DNA of 58,438 nt, the filler included, from Piptocephalis cylindrospora (taxonomy: Eukaryota): NCBI GenBank assembly GCA_003614145.1. It is 6 parts of 6 records of this genome, joined end to end, with 100 filler letters (N's around TTAATTAATTAA, not from the genome) between each part and the next. Parts side by side here need not be neighbours in the genome. Positions count along the whole stretch, not along the records: positions 1 to 9,708 come from KZ988072.1; 5 more parts are not named here. One strand, 5' to 3'. Position numbers and translations under genes: made by a program. Shown here in pieces: positions 1 through 8,713 of this stretch; within the stretch, counting starts at the first letter, position 1; each line of letters opens with the position of its first letter. The notes beneath the pieces are model-generated. The model saw only the letters and a program-made list of their open reading frames with translations. It was not told where the DNA came from and did no database searches.

Positions 1-85
1 GTGTATAACACCATATCTTTAATATACTCAACAACATAAATCCTTTAGCATCCACACACCAACAAATGAAAAGCAAATACTTACT
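1..85 (-). rRNA. rnl: Probable 5' end of mitochondrial large-subunit rRNA, running off the contig start
   Basis: The minus strand reads GTGTGGATGCTAAAGG...TTAAAGATATGG, resembling the conserved 23S 5' motif GGTGGATGCC...TGAAGGACGTG. Only a short stretch is visible. Confidence 0.45.
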
Positions 86-175
86 TTTTTATTCAAAATA
101 CGCTTTGCGTGTCGAGTCAAAGATTTTGCACCTAACATCTTTTTAATGGATTACACATTAATGTTTATGTCAATT

Positions 176-258
176 TGAGAAGAGAGGGAATCGAACCCCC
201 ATAAGGTATAAAACCTACGAGTTTACAGCTCGCTTCATAACCATTCTGACATCTTCTC
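176..258 (-). tRNA. trnY: mt tRNA-Tyr (GUA)
   Basis: Cloverleaf with acceptor GAGAAGA/TCTTCTC, anticodon arm GCGAG-CT GTA AA-CTCGT, long variable arm and T-loop TTCGATT. Confidence 0.95.
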
Positions 259-582
259 TTAATAGGCAGGTGCTCTGCACCTGACTCGACACGCAATGCG
301 TGTCTCGTGAATATAAAGTTCCTTTGAAACTAAGTCGAGTATTTTACACTCGTTTAAACTACTTTACATTAAGCAGGTACAAAACACCTAATTCAATGTA
401 TATAATACCCTACAGGTTACCCCTATGGGGTATTTCATATATGTTCACATCATATTATTATATTTATTATAAATACATATTATATATTATTTATATATAA
501 TTTGTATTGCATAATATATTAAAGCAAGTGTAAAGCACTTAATTTAGCACGCAATTAGCGTTCTTTGTATTATTAGATCAAT

Positions 583-654
583 GTCGAGGTAATTTAATGG
601 TTAGAATATTTGTCTCATACACGAAATGTGGTAGTTCGATTCTACCCCTCGATA
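583..654 (+). tRNA. trnM: mt tRNA-Met (CAU), elongator-like; the only plus-strand tRNA in the contig
   Basis: Acceptor GTCGAGG/CCTCGAT, anticodon arm TTTGT-CT CAT AC-ACGAA, T arm GGTAG-TTCGATT-CTACC. Confidence 0.9.
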
Positions 655-767
655 AAAAAAAAAATTAGGTGCAAGCTCCTAATTTGACACGCAACCCACA
701 CCCCCCCTTTGGGGGGGGTGCATCGCGTGTCTCGATTTTAAAAATTTTTTGGCTCCAAAAATAATAA

Positions 768-839
768 CAGGGAAAAAAGGACTTGAACCCTTAAAATTGA
801 TTTTGGAGATCAATATTTTACCAATTAAATTATTTCCCT
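768..839 (-). tRNA. trnW: mt tRNA-Trp (CCA)
   Basis: AGGGAAA TA ATTT AATTGGTA AAAT A TTGAT-CT CCA AA-ATCAA TTTT AAGGG TTCAAGT CCTTT TTTCCCT G. Confidence 0.95.
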
Positions 840-1084
840 TAGACAGGTGCAATGCACCTGACTAGACACGCATCCCACACCCCCCTTTGGGGGGTGTGTA
901 TCGCGTGTCTCATAATGATAAAAAAATAAATAGGTGCAAAGCACCACATCGTCACACACTTTAAGTGTGTTTCGATGTGGGGCCCATCATAGATGATCCT
1001 ATAAAATGGGATCATCCCGCGTAGCGGGATGATCCTGTGCACCTGACTCAACACGCTTTGCGTGTTTTGAATAAAAAAAAAGTT

Positions 1085-1156
1085 TAGGGTAAAGAGGAGT
1101 TGAACCACTATTTGAACCGTTATGAGCGGAATGCTTTACCATTAAGCTATTACCCT
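1085..1156 (-). tRNA. trnI: mt tRNA with CAU anticodon, probably tRNA-Ile (lysidine type, reading AUA)
   Basis: Acceptor AGGGTAA/TTACCCT. The anticodon arm CCG-CT CAT AA-CGG resembles bacterial/organellar trnI(CAU). The Ile versus Met identity is inferred. Confidence 0.75.
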
Positions 1157-1231
1157 TATAAATTTTAATCCCCACACCTTTACAGGTGCTTTGCACCTGT
1201 CTAATGGGGAATTAAAGGTTTCCCAACCATT

Positions 1232-3012
1232 TTTTTCATCTTTCAGCCACAGGTTCCCCTACGGCTACTTTGTTACGACTTAAAACCAGTTATAAACAAA
1301 TCATCGTTAATAATAAATTAAACTAACTCATAAATAAAAAATATCGACACGCAATGCGTGTCTCGTGACCTTTGGGTCACGTATATGAGGAGAAAAACTA
1401 TTCTAACTTCTTTCATCATTTATTTCCGGCTCTTGACGGGCGATTAGTACATCTATCAGATTTATATTCACCGTGGCGTGGTGATCCACGATTACTAGCA
1501 ATTCCAACTTCAAGAATTCGAGTTTCAGAATTCTATTAGTACAAAGTTGAGTTTAAGGATTAACTTAAGTTTTAACTTTCGTTTCCTTTTGTGTCAACTC
1601 ATGTGGCACGTCTATAGCCCAATTCATAAAGGTCATGAAGACTTGTCTTAATCCCTCAAAAATGTTCTTTTAAGAATGTTCACATTTAGATAAAACTAAA
1701 TGGTGGAGTTTTGTTCGTGAGTGGACTTAACCAAATATTTCACAATACGAACTGAGGACAGCCATGCAACGCCTGTATAAACATATAGCAACCCAATCTT
1801 AAAATTTAAGATAGTTGCAAACAATACATATAATATGTTTGTATTAGATATATGAAATATTCAAGAATTGGTAAGATTAATTGCGGATCATCAAATTAAA
1901 CAACATACTTCACTGCTGGTATGAAAGACCGTCTATTCTTTTGGGGTTTAATCTTGCGATCGTACTTTCCAGGTGGAATGTTTAACGTAAATTCATTTAC
2001 CCAAATATACAGATAAATAACATTCATTGTTGACAGTGTAGACTACAAGGGTATCTAATCCTTTTTGCTACCCACACTTTCGTATCTTAGCGTCAGTAAT
2101 TAATTAGAAAGAAGCCTTCGCCTTTGGAGTTCCTTCAAAATATAATAAGATTCCATCCTTACACTTGAAATTTCTCTTTCCTCTATTTTACTCAAGTTTA
2201 ATTTTAAAATCAAATACCCATAAAAATGGAAAATTTTGACTGAGAATAAAAATAACCCAAAAGGGTTTTAAATCTCAAATTACCTATCACGTGTTTTCAC
2301 GCATTCAGCAAATTAAAATAAAACTGCCTACATACTCTTTACACCCATTTAAGATGAATGACGTTCATTCTTCTCGTATTACCGCGACTGCTGGCACGAG
2401 ATTAGTCAGAATGAATAGAAAAGTAATGTCATTATCTTCCTTTTCTTTAGAGTTTTACAACTGTTCGTCTTCCGAACATCCTAATTAAGAAACAAGAAAA
2501 GTGTAAAACACTAAACTTGTATCTTAACCTAGATGTTTCGTACGAAAAAAAATAAATTGCATCACCCCTAAGGGTGATGCGCAAAATTTTAATCGTCACT
2601 CTTCTATTTAGCTGGATCAACCTTTCGGCCATTGTCCAAAATTCCTCACTGCTGACCTAGTACAATACTGGTATGGTCCTTATTTCATGGCCATTGTGGT
2701 CGATCATTCTCTCAAACCGACTATGGATCATTGGCAATGGTGAGCTATTTATTATTCACCTTCTACCTAATCCAAAATAAGCACAGCCATAGGCGGATTT
2801 TACAATTAAATACCACACGTTTTAAGTGTGTGTTATCCTTTTTAATGTCATTTGGGTGTAAAACACCTAATGACTATTTGATATTTTTTCAATCCTATGG
2901 GATGCATTCTTATTCTTTCTCACCCGTACGCCATGGGTAAAATACCCATTCGACTTGCATGTGTTAAGCTAAAAGACAACGTCCATTCGGAGCCAAGATC
3001 AAACTCTTTATA
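1232..3012 (-). rRNA. rns: Mitochondrial small-subunit rRNA
   Basis: Minus strand has AGAGTTTGATCTTGGCTC at the 5' end (about 3007), GTGCCAGCAGTCGCGGTAATAC, ATTAGATACCC and AAGTCGTAACAAAGTAGCCGTAGGGGAACCTG at the 3' end. No intron is seen and the ends are approximate. Confidence 0.97.
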
Positions 3013-3068
3013 AATATAATATCTTTTCCATTTTATCGCTATCATTTGATAGTAAAGCATCTAGAATA

Positions 3069-3112
3069 CGAGACACGCAAAGCGTGTCGAGTCAGGTGCA
3101 TGCACCTGCCTA
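3069..3112. mobile_element. Double-hairpin element family A (representative copy; about 20 copies in contig 1)
   Basis: CGAGACACGC-NNN-GCGTGTCGAGT-CAGGTGCA(N)TGCACCTG-CCTA, two adjacent hairpins. Other copies occur in both orientations at about 263-307, 665-734, 841-911, 931-1068, 3534-3640, 4378-4450, 4777-4817, 4998-5041, 5569-5610, 7959-8001, 8019-8062, 8443-8488, 9126-9175, 9279-9323 and 9471-9514. Confidence 0.9.
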
Positions 3113-3249
3113 TCATTTTTAATGCTATAAATCTCATTTAAATTGCGAAAATTCTCGTCACCATTGGGTGACTAGACATCTTCAGACCCTAAGGGTCTTA
3201 GCCATCTCATGATGGCGTCGATGTCGAAAAGGTATATTTTTTTCAAAAT

Positions 3250-3322
3250 GTCGCCATCGTCTTCAAATCCATCATAACATGATGGATTTGACACCGATGG
3301 CTGGAACCCTTTCGGGTTTCAA
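3250..3322. mobile_element. Double-hairpin element family B (representative copy)
   Basis: A TCAAATCCATCA-loop-TGATGGATTTGA hairpin, in the full-length copies followed by GAACCC-loop-GGGTTTC. Other full or partial copies lie at about 3831-3900 (inverted), 9002-9055, 9369-9415 and 9643-9708. Confidence 0.85.
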
Positions 3323-3647
3323 TAAATATGAAATACAAAGTACGTAATGTATGCTGAGTCAAGTGTTTGCACCTAACTCGATACGTATAACGTATCTAGT
3401 ATATTATATATAACATATGTATATAATATATCTATACATTATTAAATAAATTCCTAATGACATAATGCCATAGAACCACATCGTAAATCAAATTTGATTT
3501 GATGTTGATGTGGTTTTTTAAAAAATTAGAATACGAGACACGCATTGCGTGTCGAGTCAGGTGCAGAGCCCCACATCGTCACACACTTTAAGTGTGTTTC
3601 GATGTGGGGCCCATCAATGATGATCCTGTGCACCTGCCTATTTATAT

Positions 3648-3721
3648 AACACCTTATAGGAATTGAACCTATAATATTTAGTTTCGAAGACTAATGCTTT
3701 ATCCTATTAAGCTAAAGGTGC
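3648..3721 (-). tRNA. trnR: mt tRNA-Arg (UCG)
   Basis: Acceptor GCACCTT/AAGGTGT, anticodon arm TTAGT-CT TCG AA-ACTAA. Confidence 0.93.
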
Positions 3722-4127
3722 ATAAGTGCACCCCCAGACCATCAGATCGGCATAAAACCCATCTGGTGGTCTGGGGCCTTAAGATATAAATAATAACCTA
3801 ATAAACGGTGCACTTAAATTTTTCGTGGCCTTGAAACCCGTAAGGGTTCCAGCCATCGGTGTCAAATCCATCATTGCATGATGGATTTGAAAACGACGGC
3901 AAATTTGAGATTCACTATTTTTTGGTGTGTGAGTGCTGAGCCCCACATCAAGGATGTGGGGCCAAGATCATTACACATTGAAAATGTGTGATGATCCCGT
4001 AATGCGAAATTATTAATGGTCTCGTGCACTCGACTTGGAAGACATCCTTTTAAAAAGGATGTTTTTCTTGTAAGGATTTATATAAAATTCTGAGATTTTA
4101 TATAAATCCTTACGGGATTTATAAAAT

Positions 4128-4199
4128 CGGATTCAACCGGGATCGAACCGGCAACTTCATAATCGACAATCATGAGCTTTACCATTAAGCTATAAATCC
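4128..4199 (-). tRNA. trnD: mt tRNA-Asp (GUC)
   Basis: Acceptor GGATTTA/TGAATCC, anticodon arm CATGA-TT GTC GA-TTATG, T arm GCCGG-TTCGATC-CCGGT. Confidence 0.95.
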
Positions 4200-4454
4200 A
4201 TACGAAACATTAGGCATCATGACGTAGTCATGGGGCCCCACCAACAAAGTTGGTGTGGCTTACATCTTGGAACCTTACGTCACCACATTAACATAAAACC
4301 GAATTTAATCTACGATGTGGGGGTTAAATTTTAACCTCTGGTTGCTTCAGGTAACCTTCATCGGTAATATCATGTGTAAGACACGCGGTACACACCCCCA
4401 AAAAGGGGGGGTGTGGAATGCGTGTCGAGTCAGATGCATGCACCTGCCTAATAG

Positions 4455-4526
4455 GATGAATATCGGGAATCGAACCCGAAATTTCAGCTCCACAGGCCAA
4501 TATTTTACCTTTAAATTATATTCACC
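4455..4526 (-). tRNA. trnH: mt tRNA-His (GUG) with encoded G-1
   Basis: G-GTGAATA/TATTCAT-C acceptor, anticodon arm TTGGC-CT GTG GA-GCTGA. Confidence 0.93.
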
Positions 4527-4687
4527 AAATAAATTCATTCCAACAAGATGGAATTCGCCACTTATTCATAATTAAATCAGTATTAAAGTTGGATTAATAC
4601 TGATGAAGGTTGCCTGAGGCAACCAGATTAATTACGATAAGAATAGACAGGTGCATGCACCTGACTTTATATAGACCTCATAAAAAA

Positions 4688-4770
4688 TACGGACAGCGAG
4701 ACTTGAACTCACATGGTTATTCACCTTGTATTCCTAAAATACAAATGTCTACCTATTTCATCATGCCCGT
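4688..4770 (-). tRNA. trnL: mt tRNA-Leu (UAG)
   Basis: Acceptor ACGGGCA/TGTCCGT, anticodon arm TGTAT-TT TAG GA-ATACA, long variable arm. Confidence 0.93.
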
Positions 4771-4855
4771 ATAAAGACAGGTGCATGCACCTGACTCGAC
4801 ACGCAATGCGTGTCTTGTATAAATTTGGGTAGTTCACAAAGTGGGTATACCCTTT

Positions 4856-4929
4856 TACTTGCTAAAGGATTCGAACCCTTAGTATTTGATTTAGAAGATC
4901 AATGCTTTATCCTATTAAGCTAAGCAAGT
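4856..4929 (-). tRNA. trnR: mt tRNA-Arg (UCU)
   Basis: Acceptor ACTTGCT/AGCAAGT, anticodon arm TTGAT-CT TCT AA-ATCAA. Confidence 0.95.
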
Positions 4930-5057
4930 AAAATAAATCCCCTTACTCGGAAGACATCCTTTTAAAAAGGATGTTTCCCTTGTATTGTTTAATTAAATAG
5001 GCAGGTGCATGCACCTGACTCGACACGCAATGCGTGTCTCGTAACCTTTAAGTTATG

Positions 5058-5122
5058 TATATGATTTTAATATATATCTATATGATTTTAATATATATAT
5101 ATATGATTTTAATATATATATA
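5058..5122. repeat. Three copies of an approximately 21-bp AT-rich tandem repeat between divergently transcribed tRNAs and nad1
   Basis: TATATGATTTTAATATATAT occurs three times in tandem. Confidence 0.8.
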
Positions 5123-5247
5123 TTTATACAAATTTATATCATAAAACAAAGTGATTGTAGATCAAATCCATTACAGGATTTGATCTATGGTTTTAAAAAT
5201 TTTAAGACACATGGTGCACACCCCCCTAAAGGGGGGGTGTGTAATTA

Positions 5248-5292
5248 GCCACACCAACTTTGTTGGTGGGGCCCCATGACGTAGTCATGGTG
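5248..5292. mobile_element. Double-hairpin element family E (representative copy)
   Basis: CACCAAC-TTT-GTTGGTG-GGGCC-CCATGAC-GTA-GTCATGG. Other copies lie at about 4217-4259 (inverted) and 5377-5420. Confidence 0.8.
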
Positions 5293-5638
5293 CAAAATTT
5301 ATAATCATCGTTCTCAAACTAAATTAGGGTTTAACACCGATGATTTGGTAAGGTATATTTTAGCACCAGGCTATAAGCCACACCAACTTTGTTGGTGGGG
5401 CCCCATGACATAGTCATGGTGCCTGGTGCACAAGATCATTAATAATCTCGCATAGCGGGATCATCACACACTTTCAGTGTGTACTGATCTTGCGCTTTGT
5501 ATAATTTTACCAATAATACGAGACACGCAATGCGTGCCTTTTTCATATACAATGATATTTTTCATAAAGCAGGTGCAATGCACCTGATTCGACACGCATT
5601 GCGTGTCTCGGAAAAAATAAATTAAATAATAAAATATA

Positions 5639-6619
5639 ATGAATTCTTCTTTTTTAGAGGTATTAATAATAATTGTTCCATTATTAGGGATGATAGCTTT
5701 TATGACTTTAGCAGAAAGAAAAATTATGGGTTCTATGCAAAGACGATTAGGACCAAATAAAGTAGGTGTATTTGGATTATTACAACCAATATCAGATGGT
5801 GTAAAATTAGTTATAAAAGAGACTATTTTTCCTTCTATATCAAATAAAGGTATTTTTTTATTTGCTCCAATATTATCTTTAACTTTAAGTATATTAGGTT
5901 GAGCTGTTATTCCTTTTGCTCCAGCTTTAACAATTGCAGATATTTCTTTAGGTATAATGTATGTTTTAGCTATTTCATCATTAGGTGTTTTTGGTGTATT
6001 ATTTGCTGGTTGATCAGCAAATTCTAAATATGCTTTATTAGGTTCTTTAAGATCTACAGCTCAAATGATATCATATGAAGTTGTTTTAGGTATGATAATT
6101 TTAATGGTAGTTTTTTTATCTAATTCTATGAATTTAACTTTAATTATTGAATCTCAAAATTCAATTTGGTATTTAATTCCTTTATTACCTATAAGTTTAA
6201 TTTTTTTTATTACTATTTTAGCTGAAACTAATAGAGCTCCTTTTGATCTTCCTGAGGCTGAATCAGAGCTAGTATCTGGATTTATGACAGAACATTCTGC
6301 TTTACCTTTTGCTTATTTTTTTCTTGCTGAATACGGTTCTATTATATTTTTTTCAACTTTTACTTCTATTTTATTTTTAGGTGGATATCTAATTCCTGAT
6401 TTTGGAATGATTTCACCTGACTTAATGATTTGGTTACAACCATTTATTTTAGGTATTAAAACTTCTATAATTTTATTCTGTTTTATTTGAATAAGAGCTT
6501 GTTATCCCCGGCTGAGATTCGACCAATTAATGACTTTCTGTTGGACAGTTCTTCTTCCATTAACACTTGCTTTCTTTATTTTAGTGCCAAGTATATTGAT
6601 TGCTTTTAATTCCCCAAGT
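5639..6619 (+). CDS. nad1: NADH dehydrogenase subunit 1; complete homologous region with no stop codon, continuing in frame into the endonuclease
   Basis: Motifs [48 protein letters not shown] and [20 protein letters not shown] at 5900, 6011 and 6488 falls at conserved Trp positions. Confidence 0.97.
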
Positions 6620-7921
6620 TATTATATAATGTATTCTTTTATTTTTTTTAAAGTTCATCCTCTTCAGGGTAAATATAAAAAAAATATTCCAAGACATGCA
6701 TTGCATATTGAATCAGGTACATGTACCTGTCTACATAAAAATTATTTAAATGATAATATTAAAATAAAATATTATGATGTTTATAAATCACTAACACCTG
6801 AATTTAAACAGTGATTTATAGGTTTATTTGATGCTGAAGGAAATTTTACTATTCGACATGATAAAAAAAATAATTTATTTCAATTAGTTATAAGATTAGG
6901 TTTTCATATTGATGAGTTACCTCTTTTAGAATTTTTAAAAAAAACTTTAAAATGTGGTAATATATATTTAAATAAAACTAGTTGTGAGTATATAGTTACA
7001 GATAAAAATGCTTTTAATTATTTATTTATACCTATTTTTTTAGAATATACATTAAATTCTTCTAAATATCTTAATTTTCTTAGTTTTAAAGAAGCTTTTG
7101 ATATTATATCATCAAGTGAACATTTAAAAATTGAAGGAAAATTAAAAATTCTAAGTATAAAAAATCAAATGAATAAAAATAGAATTCATTTTAATAGGCC
7201 AAAATCTCATCAAGTTAATATTACTCCTAATTGATTACTTGGTTTTATAGAAGGTGATGGTTCATTTACAACTAATAATTTAATACCTAAATTAAAAATA
7301 GGTGTAACTCTTTCTGATTATTTTCTTCTTGAAAATATTAAAATTTATTTGAATTCTGGTTCTCTTTATACAACTAAATCTACTAAAAGATTTAAAAATG
7401 AAAAACCAATGGCTATTTTTGAATTAAGTCATATTGAAATTATACATGATCAAATATTACCACTTTTTAATTCTCTTAAATTTTATACTAAAAAAGAAAA
7501 AGATTTTAAAGATTGATCTATTTTAGTTTTATTGTATTATTCTGGAAGACATTTATTACCTGAAGGTAAAATTCTTATAAATAAAATAAAAAATCAAATG
7601 AATAATTTTCGTTTATCAACTTTCGTGGGTAATGCTGTGAATACACCTATAACGCAAAAAGAAATAGATATGGTCTTTTCTCTTGAAGCACCATATAAAT
7701 TAATAGGATCTAATCGTATTAATATAAAAACTAACCGAGTAGTCGGAGGTTTTCAAAAAATTTATGCTATTAAAGAAAATAAAAAATTTATATTTAACTC
7801 CATTAAAGAATGTGCAAATACATTAAATATAAATAGAAACACTATTTCAAGATACTTAAACTCTAAAAAAGAATTCAGAGGTTATAAATTTGAGTCACCT
7901 TTGGTGACGAATCCCTGCTAA
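6620..7921 (+). CDS. Double-motif LAGLIDADG homing endonuclease with C-terminal NUMOD1-like HTH, fused in frame to nad1 (whole ORF 5639-7921, 760 aa)
   Basis: Manual translation with TGA=Trp is open to TAA at 7919-7921. Motifs are QWFIGLFDAEGNF (about 6809), NWLLGFIEGDGSF (about 7229) and FNSIKECANTLNINRNTISRYL. Confidence 0.93.
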
Positions 7922-8282
7922 TGCAGGGCTTAATTTAGAAGAATAAATTTAAAAATTACGAGACACGCATTGCGTGTCGAGTCAGGTGCATTGCACCTGC
8001 CCATTCATTATTTTTTTACGAGACACGCAAAGCGTGTCGAGTCAGGTGCATTGCACCTGCCTTAAAATTTTATTCGCAACCTTTAGGTTACTAGACATCT
8101 TCAGACCCGTTAGGGTCTTAGCCATCTCATGATGGCGTCGATGTCGAAGATTCGATCAATTTATGACTTTCTGTTGAACAGTTTTATTACTGTTAACACT
8201 AGTATTTTTTATTTTAATAGGCAGGTGCATGCACCTGCCTACATCAAAACACGAGATACGCAATGCGTATCTCGTGTGATTT

Positions 8283-8353
8283 TAGGATCAAGTGGAATCG
8301 AACCACTATTTCATCCTTATCAAGAATGCACTCTACCGTTGAGTTATGATCCT
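8283..8353 (-). tRNA. trnI: mt tRNA-Ile (GAU), copy 1
   Basis: Acceptor AGGATCA/TGATCCT, anticodon arm CATTC-TT GAT AA-GGATG. Confidence 0.95.
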
Positions 8354-8642
8354 TTTAATTGATACTATCGCACCCAAATGGGTGCTAAAACCCGAAAGGG
8401 TTCCAGCCATTTCATAATGGCGATGAATATGAAAAAGATTATACGAAACACGCACTGCGTGTCGAGTCAGGTGCATACACCTGCCTATTTGATGGCGTCG
8501 ATGTCGAAGATTCGATCAATTTATGACTTTCTGTTGAACAGTTTTATTACTGTTAACACTAGTATTTTTTATTTTAATAGGCAGGTGCATGCACCTGCCT
8601 ACATCAAAACACGAGATACGCAATGCGTATCTCGTGTGATTT

Positions 8643-8713
8643 TAGGATCAAGTGGAATCGAACCACTATTTCATCCTTATCAAGAATGCACTCTACCGTT
8701 GAGTTATGATCCT
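8643..8713 (-). tRNA. trnI: mt tRNA-Ile (GAU), copy 2
   Basis: Identical to copy 1, inside the tandem duplication. Confidence 0.85.

Noticed and set aside
300..4575. Short ORFs listed in the mitochondrial tRNA/rRNA region (also 8129-8722)
   Set aside because: They overlap tRNAs, rns or hairpin repeats and have no protein-like motifs.
5639..7921. nad1 and the endonuclease as fragmented pseudogenes, as the ORF track suggests
   Set aside because: Every break is a TGA, at conserved Trp sites in nad1 and before both LAGLIDADG motifs, and the frame is intact under UGA=Trp.
8160..8175. AGAAAGTC on the minus strand as the RNase P RNA CR-I motif
   Set aside because: I found no matching CR-V/P4 partner at a suitable position.
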